Source of the DNA: Nemertoderma westbladi
Lineage: Eukaryota > Animalia > Xenacoelomorpha
Reading direction: 5' to 3'
Assembly (NCBI GenBank): GCA_032718475.1
Contig: JAUCBJ010003057.1
Location: 1-58,862, forward strand
Length of the DNA stretch: 58,862 nt
The translations under genes were made by a program, and so were the position numbers. The notes under the pieces were generated by a model that was not told the DNA's origin, searched no databases, and was given only the letters and a program-made list of their open reading frames with translations. This document shows, piece after piece, positions 46,615 through 58,862 of the stretch. The stretch's first letter is position 1. The number at the start of each line of letters is the position of its first letter.

Positions 46615-48591
46615 CTAGAGAACTTCCACCGGGGTCTCTCTCTCCCCTTCCATCCACACCGCGTTACCCGAACTCACTACCTCCTGGGTCTCTCTCTCCC
46701 CTTCCATCCACACCGCGTTACCCGAACTCACTACCTCATGGGTCTCTCTCTCCCCTTCCATCCACACCGCGTTACCCGAACTCACTACCTCCTGGGTCTC
46801 TCTGTCCCCTTCCATCCACACCGCGTTACCCGAACTCACTAACTCGTGATTGACCAACAAATAATCTGTGTTCTCGGGGTCGCTGGTGAGACTCGCGTAG
46901 AGGTCCACTAACGGAATCCCGTCGGGACTGTACCCCTTCACCTCGACCAACAGATGTTTCCCTTGAATCGACTGATGGAAGAACGATGTGGCGGCCTCCG
47001 AGAACATCTGCTCGGAGGCGGCAGGGCGCACGTTGGCTAGCAACACCTCCTGAGCCTGGAAAGGGAGACTCACGAGGTCGCTTCGGATCTGTTTCAACTT
47101 GTCCACCGGCAGAGTTCGGTAGCCGCCGTGGTCCACAAACTTTACAAAGACACCTTCCCCTGCGATTCCATCTTCGTTTGCGTTGATTACCTGGGCGCGA
47201 CACCATTTATTGTAGGCTGGCGCAGCGCACACCATGTTGGCGAGTATCGGGGTGGGTAGACTGGGGGGTTTCGACTCCTCGTCCCCGTACAGGGCCAACA
47301 TGACGCGATCCAGCTCGGTGATGGATGAGTGCGACGGATGCATGGGTTGCTGCACGAAGATGCGACCCGCGTCGACGATGTAGGAGATGATGACGTTGAT
47401 CGCGACGCCTTCGGGGAAGGGGAGTCGCGTGGTCTCGGGGGGCGGACAGGGTAGCGGACGGGGTACCACCGCCCCCGAGGACACCGCCAAATGCACGTAG
47501 TTGTAATGCTTGTCGTAGAAGACCCCGGAGCTGAGGTCCAGGTCCGGGAAGACCTGGTTGAGCTTCTCGATGGCCAACCCGATGTTGTGGACGGTCCCCT
47601 CTATCGTCATGTTCTGGAACTCCGACTCGTACGGGAGATCTCGGAGGAATATTTTGGCCCCGGAGTAGTACATCATTGACTTTACATTGCGGCCTTGTTT
47701 CCCTATGATCAAGGGGGAGAATTCCCGGGGGTATTCGCACTCCCACAGCAGTTGCGACTGGTCCACACCCAACCCACTGTCCAGACTGGCGTCAGACACC
47801 GGTGAGGCAGTGACCAGATCCTTCAGATGTCTCTTGGATTTCTTCTTCTTCTTCTTGACGACTTGCTGACTTTTATCCTCCTTTGAATCGATTTTCTCGG
47901 CTAATGTTTCCGCTTCCCGCGGCTGTTTCGAACCGCTAAGGGATTTCTGTTTAAATGATTTCCTATTTGTCTTTAGAATCTTCTGTGTTTCGCATTTATC
48001 CGAGGCGTCTGACGTTGATATCGAGCTGCGCGTCGGGGATTGCGTTAACATGCTCTCGATTGCGTCTATCGCGCTATCCTTTATCTGCAACGACGACGCG
48101 GTCTCCTGTAAACTGTTGAGCTCCGCTTCCGAACATTCCATTTCTTTCGCCCACGACGAATATTCATAACTAGTTTGTGTCGGCGCGGCGCCGAATTCCT
48201 CGCTAATATCTAACTTAGAGAAATCATACTGGTAGTCCAAGACCTCGGTATTCCTAGAGGGATCCGCTTTGGGGGAAACTTCAACACTAGCGGAGTTCAT
48301 TAAACTAGAATTAGGGGAGGCGTCAAGACTGGTTAGGGGTGAGGTCCCCTCACTGGTTGGAGGGCTGATGGAAACTGTAAGGGGATTCGATAGATCGTTA
48401 GGTTCACCCATATCGAAGTCTTCTAGCCCCTGGGTGCGGGACTTCGCTTGCGACCTGGCCAACTCCATAACAATGTCCTCGGGTGTATCCATCGAGTTGT
48501 TGGATTTACGTAAATAGAAATAATATCCGATAAGAATAACGAGTGGAGATACGCCCACTAGAGATAATGTAACTCGGGTGAAAGGCGACAT
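46615..48591 (-). CDS. AKAP1: A-kinase anchor protein 1 / spoonbill-like mitochondrial outer-membrane KH-Tudor protein, 658 aa
   Basis: ATG at 48591 (the track starts at an upstream TTG); N-terminal anchor VTLSLVGVSPLVILIGYYFYLRK; one KH domain (LIIGKQGRNVK); extended Tudor (IISYIVDAGRIFVQQPMHPSH...CAAPAYNKWCRAQV...VKFVDHGGY...LKQIRSDLVSLPFQA). Splice acceptor at 48628-48629 just upstream. Confidence 0.9.
   Translation of the reverse strand: MSPFTRVTLSLVGVSPLVILIGYYFYLRKSNNSMDTPEDIVMELARSQAKSRTQGLEDFDMGEPNDLSNPLTVSISPPTSEGTSPLTSLDASPNSSLMNSASVEVSPKADPSRNTEVLDYQYDFSKLDISEEFGAAPTQTSYEYSSWAKEMECSEAELNSLQETASSLQIKDSAIDAIESMLTQSPTRSSISTSDASDKCETQKILKTNRKSFKQKSLSGSKQPREAETLAEKIDSKEDKSQQVVKKKKKKSKRHLKDLVTASPVSDASLDSGLGVDQSQLLWECEYPREFSPLIIGKQGRNVKSMMYYSGAKIFLRDLPYESEFQNMTIEGTVHNIGLAIEKLNQVFPDLDLSSGVFYDKHYNYVHLAVSSGAVVPRPLPCPPPETTRLPFPEGVAINVIISYIVDAGRIFVQQPMHPSHSSITELDRVMLALYGDEESKPPSLPTPILANMVCAAPAYNKWCRAQVINANEDGIAGEGVFVKFVDHGGYRTLPVDKLKQIRSDLVSLPFQAQEVLLANVRPAASEQMFSEAATSFFHQSIQGKHLLVEVKGYSPDGIPLVDLYASLTSDPENTDYLLVNHELVSSGNAVWMEGDRETQEVVSSGNAVWMEGERETHEVVSSGNAVWMEGERETQEVVSSGNAVWMEGERETPVEVL
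46630..46846 (-). repeat. Coding 54-bp tandem repeat x4 (EVVSSGNAVWMEGERETQ)
   Basis: Four near-identical in-frame units at the end of the AKAP1-like CDS. Confidence 0.95.
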
Positions 48592-50943
48592 TACCAAAAC
48601 GGTAGGAGGTTCGTTACCACGTCAACCCTAAAATAAACAAAAACAATAACATAATAAAACAAATACGGTATCATAATAGCCATCAGACGGGAAGGGCAAC
48701 CTTGCAAGTTGTAATAATATCAGTAATCAATATCAATAATAATAATCATAGGGGCATCCTGATTGCAGGACCCATGAATATCACCACTACACCAAGGTCC
48801 AAGATGCTGCTTGTCTAGTGAATATTTCAATTAGGCATTAATTATTTAGTTAGTTAGTTAATCATATAGCATACGGAGGAGAACTCGGTATATAACAACA
48901 ATACTAACTAATTACACTCCATCACCAATTGTGTTATATGCCGGTACTAATTAATAATTATTATTTTATGTGGTTGTTCAAATGATCCACCAATCAATAA
49001 CTGTCGAAACGCAATATTTAATTAATTTATGTTGTAACATTATGAGAGACCTTTTACAATGAAATTAAATAATCGTATTAAGTTCTTGTTAAATTTATTA
49101 AATTGTGTTAAATTATATTAAATTTATTGGAATATGAGATTATTATTAAATTTAAAGTTAATGGGCACGGGCACTGCAAAAAATATTTCTTAAACGAGAG
49201 AGGACTTACCTTATAATTAACAGCATCCCTCATATAATATAGACGGAAATCAAAAATTCGAATTGTAAAGTGTAATTCTTACAATATATATAAATGGATA
49301 ACAATTCAATTCAATGCAGCAATGTTTACGAACTATAACATCGAACAACTATCAAATACGGAAAATACAGAATACTGGAATAGGCTCAGATGCTACGGTA
49401 CGAATGCTAATCACTTACCGGTACTGGTAGTTTCTTTATTATTATATACATATATACTAACTAGGCCTATTGTATAAATAATACTATATGTATGTATATA
49501 CCGGTACAGATATAATACCGGTACTTTGTGTAATTTTAATTATGGCACAGGTCAGCCGGTATATGCTTCTCCTGCTAAAAATACATAAACTCCGTATGCT
49601 TGGTTTGTGTCATTTTTTTCCATTTTTTCAGTATTGCCAAAGCCAAGGATGAAAACTTAATATTTTGGAAAAACTTTCTCCACATTGCAGCATTGTTACT
49701 TTATACTACGGTATTGCAATACGGCCATTGCCATATTATACTACAGTACCTATATATAATACTTGTATGTAACTTTATGTGCCTCTTTTTTATTATGTAT
49801 TTTCCGTTTTTACTATGGGCTTGCTGCCTGGATTAAAGAAATAAATAAAAAAATAAATAATAAAAAATATAGGCATAGGTTAGATAATTTTGGAACCAGG
49901 CCACATTGGAGACAGTGAAAATGTGTGTGATATAACCGGGTTTGTCTTTTTACAAATTTTAATTGGTTATATAAACACACAATCAGAATTTATTATTTTT
50001 ATAGTTTACAATTTGTACTTTAACTAATTTAATTCTTACCAAACAGTATAAAGTGCGAATAAAGCATAATACAGTAATATTAGGAGCGAGTTATACTAAG
50101 AGTGTCAAGCACAGACACAGTCAGATGTCAACTGTCAAGAGTATAAATCTTACAATACAATATAGGTACCGGTACATAAGGTGAGGTAGTCCTAAGTAAA
50201 GTAGGTACCGAGTACCGGTATACATATTTCTTATTTGTTACCGGTATATCTTAAGTTGGGAATGTCACGCACGATTGGGGTGCCGGTACGTATAAATCCA
50301 ATACAAAATACAGTAGTATTACTTAGAGTAGTGGCGGCCTTACCCCTAATTAAAACTGTCATGTAACCCTAAACCTAAGTCATAATCTAAGAAATTTAGC
50401 GGAATTTCCAACAATATTGCCATAAGGCCCGATAATACGAGTAATATGACCAAAAGAATAAACCAAATATACCCACCCATAACATAATAATCACAATATA
50501 CAATACAATCAATCATTCATAGCCTCAAAAAATTAACTGTACAAACTCGTAAATTAATACAAATTTAGTATTTAGTATTGGATTGCTGTATTGCATTTGT
50601 AGGTACCGGCACTCGAAACCGAAACGTGACTGTACCGGTACCCTTAACCTTAATTTCAGAATTTAGGCCTATTAAACAGTTAAACTCCAAAATAGTAACT
50701 TCGGCATTATAAAACGATTGATTACACTTTTGTTATTAAAAAGGCACCGGTATACCTGTACCCCAAGATCTCTATGACGTACCGGTACAGGCAATACCAG
50801 AATACGCAATACTTCTGGCATCTGGTGGAATAATCAAATTTATATCGTGAATTAATAGATCATTAAAGAAGATATAATGTTATTGGTCGGTGGAATTTCG
50901 GTGTGTTTGATAGGCCTACTGATACGTTGAAATTAAAAAAACG

Positions 50944-50953
50944 AACTTCCGGT
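50944..50953 (-). promoter_or_regulatory. ETS-like CCGGAAGT motif, candidate promoter region of the AKAP1-like gene
   Basis: acttccgg at 50945-50952; candidate 5'UTR donors (gtaagt) at ~49204-49209 and ~49413-49418 lie between it and the CDS exon. Motif only. Confidence 0.25.
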
Positions 50954-53685
50954 TCGGAAATTTTCTAAACATTCGCTGTGGATTCACGGTCAGACGGTAG
51001 GTAGGTCCTACGTCCTACCGGTATTATGATAAGATTTCACATTCGGGAGAGCCCTAGTCAGCTAGTCAATAGTAGGCCTACATATTCTGATATTTAGCTA
51101 TGCGCTTGAGCTGCCTGGTTGTGAACCGTACTTAATAATTAAAACTACCAGTACCGGTACCTAGTTAGGTACCGTACCCTGCCAGCCTGCCATCTAACAG
51201 TCTAATGATCTACCTACAGACCTACCCACCTGCGTGACCTGCCCACGGCTGCACGGTCTCACGTTCTGACGTTCACTAACAGACTAACTGACAATCTGAT
51301 TCACGGCTCATGTCACTGTACACTGGTACCTGGGTACCGACCGGTCAGCCGGTAGGCTACTGGGCTACAGCTGTATTAGGCCTATTTGCCGTAAATTAAA
51401 ATAAAAAAGTATTTAGGCCTATTTCATTTCAAACCATTTGAAATGTCTAAATATTAGTACAAACATTATAAATTACAAAATATAGTTAACTAAAGTATAT
51501 TTCATCTTATAAGATACAAACATTGTCTGACTACCCATAATAATGAACAGAATAAGCTTTGAATTACGGTACCTATACAGCTATATATCCTATCGCAAAA
51601 GTTCCAGCCTACGCTAATTTCGCACAAATCTCGGCTGCATGGCAGCGGCCACACCACATGTGCCAGGCTATCAATGCTATCAATACAATACTATAATTTT
51701 ATTTCAGTATTTATCATTAGAGCATATATCAACCGATAGTAAAATATACAATAGCACAAGAATGTTAAAAACCATCAATACAACACTAGTAATGTAATAC
51801 ATACGGTAGGGTAAGTCAGTTGTAGGCTTACCGGTACAGGTCACATCCACCGGTAAACCACCACGTGATATAGCACAATACTCACATGTTCTTGCACAAT
51901 ACACATGCAATCTGCCATATTAATAATTCCAGTAAACCGTGCTTGATTGCTGATTGGAAGGTAGGCTTTATATATATTTACTATACACCACCTAGTAAAT
52001 ATTGCTGGAACTTCTACTGGACCTAATTGATGGCAATACGTACGCCTACAGCATACGTCACCCTCTTGTATTATCAGATTATTGCCAAAACTCACTATTT
52101 AGATTTACATAGAGTGTGTTGTGTATTTTGTATATTTGATTAAGTATTATTCGTTAAAGTACGGTAATATTAGCAAACGGAAAAAAAGCACATGAATATA
52201 AATGAACGTCCTGTAAGAAAAACAGCAATTAATATATTTAAAGGTAAAAATCCGCCATGTTTTTAGGAATAAAAGTATGCCTAGCTAGGCGACTAGCAAA
52301 ATAAAACTAGATCCTATCAATGTGTGTGTAGGTGAAAGTCCAAATTGTATTCCTGAAATGTAGGTTTACAGATTGGTTATTTAAATTTTGTAGAATAAAT
52401 CAATAAATTCATTTTTATTGTCTATCTACTGTGTATTTACTACATACAGACATACTGTATCTTGAATCAAAACGCACTTTACACACTTACAGTAGTAGGC
52501 CTATACACTATTCAATTTTAATCTAAAAAATGTTACTCCCTTACATAATTTGTAAAAAAAAACAAAGAAACACTTTTGCTCATTACTATTCTATAAAAAC
52601 CTTTTAGTCCTTTGTAACTAGTTTCAGTCGACTAAAAGTAAAATTCAGATATTGTGCCGTCAGCCGTCAATATGAATTTTGCACTCATGACATTTTGATT
52701 TTTTTATAGAATGATCCAATTTGCGAGAAACACAAGATTTATTGAAAAAGTGTTAATTTCTAGCACTATGTGAAAAAATTTAATAATGTAGGGGAAAATA
52801 AATTCATGACGGTAAGTAAACAGGATTAGTTATTTTCTCTAATCCTTTAATACAATAAATATCTCTAATTAAAAAAATTCATTATGTCGGGTAATCAAAT
52901 TGGTTGATTGGAAAAAGTATAATTTATTTTCCTGCCACGGTGATTGGAAATTGGAGTGTCGGCCTTCGGCCTTCACACAATGACAATGTTATTTTACGTG
53001 TTGAGGTCATGGATTTAAAAATTCCTTCTAACTGGTTAGGGGGATTTTCTCTCTACAGTCAAACTACTAACAATCTGATAGCGACACATATTGCATACCG
53101 GAACAAAGTTAGTCCTTTCTCCTTTTATCTATTCTTTCTATCACATAGGAACCCTCTACACGGGGCCCCTCCTGCCAGTTAGTATGAAAGACACACAATG
53201 GGGATGGGGGGGGGGGGGGGGGGGTGCTTTACAATACGACCATATGGGTACTTTTTATTAGATTCAAGCAGCAATGTCATAGTATAGTTAGAGACTAAGA
53301 CGGCGCAAGGAGCGAGGCTGTGAGTGACAGATTGCTATTCATTGCCAGCTTTACGATTACTTAGAAAATCGATACTATTCACCTATTGTACTCGACGGAA
53401 GGGGTGAATAGACCGCATTTAATGTCGTTGTGTCCTCCAATCAATACTAACCGGCTTGTTTGGGAAATGGACAAACAGACAGACAGGAATGTTCAATTAA
53501 TTTGTAAAGCAATGACCACAAGTTTTGGATAATACGGCTTTCCGCTAGCCAATTATTGAGGCATATTTCAATACTTTTTCCCACTCAAGAATAGTCGACA
53601 AATGGAAGTCGTCGAAAGGCTGTAACTGTAGGGGGACTGCGGAGGCATGAATAGTGAGAGAAAACCGGTGCTGAGTAGGCGGGCG

Positions 53686-54360
53686 ACTTTCAAAAGTCGC
53701 GGTACGGCTACTCTAAAGGTCACGTTACGGCTAATTGTCGCGTTACGGCTAATCTATTGTCTTGGTTTTACACAGGGAATCATTATAAATATTATTCTAT
53801 GGTGTTTACGTGCAGATGAGAAAGGTTCAAAAAATTTAATTTTGTGGAACATATTCCACTACATCATATCGATGTTGTTAACCAACGCCTGGCTCGTTAC
53901 CTGGACCATATGGAGTTCTGTTTTGGGACTGACAAGCAGGCAATGGCCGTCCTTCCAACCGCCGATCACCTAGTTGAAAGTCCAGCTGCATTGGGAGGGG
54001 GTGGTGATCCCGACTGGCATGTTGGTGTAGTGAACCACCCCTTTGCGGCTGAACTATTTCTTCCCAACCCAACCCCGACCACCCCTCCGTGGCCGAACCA
54101 TTCCATCCCACCCCACCACCGAACCAAATGTCATACGCGGGCGATGGGATACTCCCATGCTGTAAAACATTATTACTGTACATTAAATTTTTTGAACCTT
54201 TCTCATCTGTACGTAAACACCATAGAATAATATTGATAATGATTCCCTATGTAAAACCATTTTGAGTAGCCGTACCGCGACTTTCAAAGTCGCGTTACGG
54301 CTACTCTGAAAATTAGCCGTAACGCGACTTTTCGTAACGCGACATTAGCCGTACCGCCAC
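53686..54360. mobile_element. Fold-back MITE with long inverted arms and cgcgttacggcta subterminal repeats
   Basis: 53763-53840 (tggttttacacagggaatcatt...gagaaaggttcaaaaaatttaat) is inverted at 54182-54259; gcg(g/t)tacggcta / tagccgta(c/a)cgc motifs at both ends. Confidence 0.8.
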
Positions 54361-54656
54361 TACGCCGGCTCAGATCAGCCAGGATATCGCAGCTGCCATT
54401 TTATAAGCTGATTGTATCAAAAATTAATGGCGCAAATTGACCGCAAACTCCAAATGTTTAACGGGTTTAAAAAAGTAATTTAATTTCATTTAAAACACAA
54501 AGAGAAAGGAACAGGTTACAGTGTCGGTGTTTTCTAACAAAAAACAATTTTTATTTAACATTAACTACTTAACCAGTCATGCAACAGTCATGCAGACATG
54601 GTTTTTCGAAGTGTTTATAAATAGTAACATAGGCCTACCGGACTACGGCATATACC

Positions 54657-54941
54657 GCCCATGTGAAGAATACCATGATTTCACTTTTCGGTCGACTTTT
54701 TATTGGACTTTTATATAGGAAGATTTTTGATTTTTTTTTAATTTAACTTTATTAGGGCCTAAGTGTTTTATAGCGCTTATTTCTGTCTTATAACCTGTAT
54801 ATATACTAACTCGTTTATTGTTTTGGTTAGATTAAGCCCTTCTGTAACCTGTGTTTTTGGTGAAAACCTGGTATTCTTCACATGGGGGTAACTGCAAAGT
54901 GAAATATAACGGCAGAAAGTCTGGTATTCTTCACATGGGCC
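54657..54941 (+). mobile_element. MITE-like repeat with GCCCATGTGAAGAATAC inverted ends
   Basis: gcccatgtgaagaatacca...tggtattcttcacatgggc, plus an internal copy at ~54869-54887; related copies at 38100-38662 and 58138-58498. Confidence 0.75.
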
Positions 54942-55176
54942 GCATATACAATGACAAAAACACAAATTTTACCGGAAATATATTAATAAAATCGTCTCAG
55001 TCAATTATAATGCACTTCCTGTTCTCTATGCTTAATAATGACAAACCACTTCATAACTTTAACGCTTTACCGGTAGTCACAATGAATTCCGTACGAAATT
55101 TACGAATAGGATCAGCGTACTGCATACTGAGCGATAAGCAATGGAAATGTCAATAGGATGTACACAATAAAATTAG

Positions 55177-57920
55177 TACGTATACGTCAGTAAGTAAGTT
55201 TGGATAAACATCACCGCCATACGGTACTGACTGACGGTAGGTACCGTACGTATACGTCAGTAAGTAAGTTTGGATAAACATCACCGTCATACGGTACTGA
55301 CTGACGGTAGGTACCGTACGTATACGTCAGTAAGTAAGTTTGGATAAACATCACCGCCATACGGTACTGACTGACGGTAGGTACCGTACGTATACGTCAG
55401 TAAGTAAGTTTGGATAAACATCACCGTCATACGGTACTGACTGACGGTAGGTACCGTACGTATACGTCAGTAAGTAAGTTTGGATAAACATCACCGTCAT
55501 ACGGTACTGACTACTGACTGACGGTAGGTACCGTACGTATACGTCAGTAAGTAAGTTTGGATAAACATCACCGCCATACGGTACTGACTGACGGTAGGTA
55601 CCGTACGTATACGTCAGTAAGTAAGTTTGGATAAACATCACCGCCATACGGTACTGACTGACGGTAGGTGTAGGTACCGTACGTATACGTCAGTAAGTAA
55701 GTTTGGATAAACATCACCGCCATACGGTACTGACTGACGGTAGGTACCGTACGTATACGTCAGTAAGTAAGTTTGGATAAACATCACCGCCATACGGTAC
55801 TGACTGACGGTAGGTACCGTACGTATACGTCAGTAAGTAAGTTTGGATAAACATCACCGTCATACGGTACTGACTGACGGTAGGTACCGTACGTATACGT
55901 CAGTAAGTAAGTTTGGATAAACATCACCGCCATACGGTACTGACTGACGGTAGGTACCGTACGTATACGTCAGTAAGTAAGTTTGGATAAACATCACCGT
56001 CATACGGTACTGACTGACGGTAGGTACCGTACGTATACGTCAGTAAGTAAGTTTGGATAAACATCACCGTCATACGGTACTGACTGACGGTAGGTACCGT
56101 ACGTATACGTCAGTAAGTAAGTTTGGATAAACATCACCGCCATACGGTACTGACTGACGGTAGGTACCGTACGTATACGTCAGTAAGTAAGTTTGGATAA
56201 ACATCACCGCCATACGGTACTGACTGACGGTAGGTACCGTACGTATACGTCAGTAAGTAAGTTTGGATAAACATCACCGTCATACGGTACTGACTGACGG
56301 TAGGTACCGTACGTATACGTCAGTAAGTAAGTTTGGATAAACATCACCGCCATACGGTACTGACTGACGGTAGGTACCGTACGTATACGTCAGTAAGTAA
56401 GTTTGGATAAACATCACCGCCATACGGTACTGACTGACGGTAGGTGTAGGTACCGTACGTATACGTCAGTAAGTAAGTTTGGATAAACATCACCGCCATA
56501 CGGTACTGACTGACGGTAGGTACCGTACGTATACGTCAGTAAGTAAGTTTGGATAAACATCACCGTCATACGGTACTGACTGACGGTAGGTACCGTACGT
56601 ATACGTCAGTAAGTAAGTTTGGATAAACATCACCGCCATACGGTACTGACTGACGGTAGGTACCGTACGTATACGTCAGTAAGTAAGTTTGGATAAACAT
56701 CACCGCCATACGGTACTGACTGACGGTAGGTACCGTACGTATACGTCAGTAAGTAAGTTTGGATAAACATCACCGCCATACGGTACTGACTGACGGTAGG
56801 TACCGTACGTATACGTCAGTAAGTAAGTTTGGATAAACATCACCGTCATACGGTACTGACTGACGGTAGGTACCGTACGTATACGTCAGTAAGTAAGTTT
56901 GGATAAACATCACCGCCATACGGTACTGACTGACGGTAGGTACCGTACGTATACGTCAGTAAGTAAGTTTGGATAAACATCACCGCCATACGGTACTGAC
57001 TGACGGTAGGTGTAGGTACCGTACGTATACGTCAGTAAGTAAGTTTGGATAAACATCACCGCCATACGGTACTGACTGACGGTAGGTACCGTACGTATAC
57101 GTCAGTAAGTAAGTTTGGATAAACATCACCGTCATACGGTACTGACTGACGGTAGGTACCGTACGTATACGTCAGTAAGTAAGTTTGGATAAACATCACC
57201 GCCATACGGTACTGACTGACGGTAGGTACCGTACGTATACGTCAGTAAGTAAGTTTGGATAAACATCACCGTCATACGGTACTGACTGACGGTAGGTACC
57301 GTACGTATACGTCAGTAAGTAAGTTTGGATAAACATCACCGCCATACGGTACTGACTGACGGTAGGTACCGTACGTATACGTCAGTAAGTAAGTTTGGAT
57401 AAACATCACCGCCATACGGTACTGACTGACGGTAGGTGTAGGTACCGTACGTATACGTCAGTAAGTAAGTTTGGATAAACATCACCGCCATACGGTACTG
57501 TACTGACTGACGGTAGGTACCGTACGTATACGTCAGTAAGTAAGTTTGGATAAACATCACCGCCATACGGTACTGACTGACGGTAGGTACCGTACGTATA
57601 CGTCAGTAAGTAAGTTTGGATAAACATCACCGCCATACGGTACTGACTGAAGGTAGGTGTAGGTACCGTACGTATACGTCAGTAAGTAAGTTTGGATAAA
57701 CATCACCGCCATACGGTACTGACTGACGGTAGGTACCGTACGTATACGTCAGTAAGTAAGTTTGGATAAACATCACCGCCATACGGTACTGACTGACGGT
57801 AGGTACCGTACGTATACGTCAGTAGGTAAGTTTGGATAAACATCACCGCCATACGGTACTAACTGGCGGTAGGTACCGTACGTATTCGTCAGTAAGTAAG
57901 TTTGGATAAACATCACCGTC
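55177..57920. repeat. 70-bp palindrome-rich minisatellite, ~39 copies
   Basis: Unit tacgtatacgtcagtaagtaagtttggataaacatcaccg(c/t)catacggtactgactgacggtaggtaccg. Confidence 0.98.
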
Positions 57921-58137
57921 AAATTGAATATTAGTAATTTTAGAGATGTACCGGTACCGTAGGTATCTATATCGAACAAATCGTCTTATATACAAATATA
58001 GGCCTATAACTTCAGCTGAATAAAAATAATTAATTGTTATTATAATTTTATATTTATTTTTTTAATTATTTATACAGTTATACAGGTTATATTATTAATA
58101 ATAAATTTTAATTTAAAATTTTAATTATAAATTATTA

Positions 58138-58498
58138 GCCCATGTGAAGAAGAATCATAATTGTGACTTACTATAACAGTTATATTGTATATATACAGTT
58201 ATATTAGGTCATGAAAGAATGAATAGGCCTACTTTTTAAAATAAATAAAGAATAATAAATTTTCGGTCGAAATTTTATTGGGATTTTAAAAATTAAGAAT
58301 TTGTATTTTTTATTTATTTCTCCATATTAAGTGTTTTATAGCGCTTATTTATATCGTATAATCATACGGATCAGTTGAAATCGTTTATTGTTTTGGTTAG
58401 TTTTAGCCTAAGCAGTAGGCCAGTAGGCATATTCTTTACATGGGGTGTAAACTTCAAAGTGAAATATAACTGCATAAAGACTATTACTTCACATGGGC
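58138..58498 (+). mobile_element. Diverged copy of the GCCCATGTGAAG MITE family
   Basis: gcccatgtgaag...tttcggtcga...aagtgttttatagcgcttattt...tcgtttattgttttggttag...caaagtgaaatataac...cttcacatgggc, collinear with 54657-54941. Confidence 0.75.
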
Positions 58499-58862
58499 TG
58501 AATTACTAATATACGTGATATCACATGTAACACATGCAGTGCATGTACTATATAAATGTGAATGCGCAATCTTTTTAATAATTATTGTTGTTGTTAATTA
58601 TTATTGTACTGTATATAATTACTTTATTCGTACTAACATAAGCAACTGAATTAATGTGTAGGGCCTAACCCTAACAAATATCTGTCAAATTTACTGTAGG
58701 CTATTCTGCTATTCACCTTCATACAGTCATAAAGGACACAACATATATTTTATTTTCTATTACTTCTTTCTATGTAAAATGTTAAAATGGCCTGATATCC
58801 ACCAATGGGAAGTGGTTTAGGCTGTTACCCATAGATGCAAGCCTACTAACAAGAACGTTAGG

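Noticed and set aside
46615-48591. Papi/TDRKH piRNA factor
   Set aside because: Only one KH domain after a long disordered region, and the FVQQP.HP and LKQIRSD.V.LPFQA motifs fit AKAP1/spoonbill better.

Overview
Repeat-rich eukaryotic (metazoan, probably invertebrate) genomic DNA; this is not prokaryotic and has no CRISPR array. Main contents: (1) a minus-strand BEL/Pao LTR-retrotransposon derivative (~2050-9620). It has an unusually long Gag-protease frame broken by one stop and one frameshift, its RT and integrase are deleted (only the RNase H C-terminal tip is left), it has a ~2.8 kb leader and a candidate LTR, and an extra unknown ORF runs off the left edge. (2) A spliced minus-strand gene of unknown function, mostly missed by the ORF track: 6-7 phase-compatible exons from 38957 to ~10548, with one 22.7 kb intron that is ~90% a 43/48-bp minisatellite. 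(3) An AKAP1/spoonbill-like TM-KH-Tudor gene (46615-48591) with an intronless CDS and a 4x18-aa C-terminal repeat. (4) At least six unrelated minisatellites (41, 43/48, 21, ~41, 17 and 70 bp). (5) A tRNA-derived SINE nested in a MITE, several MITE/fold-back elements, and many TA-flanked palindromes that look like transposon excision footprints. The most striking observation is that two unrelated minisatellite arrays are each interrupted by a fragment covering an overlapping C-terminal part of a Gypsy integrase, from two different families, in the same orientation and without TSDs. All family assignments come from motif recognition only; no searches were run.
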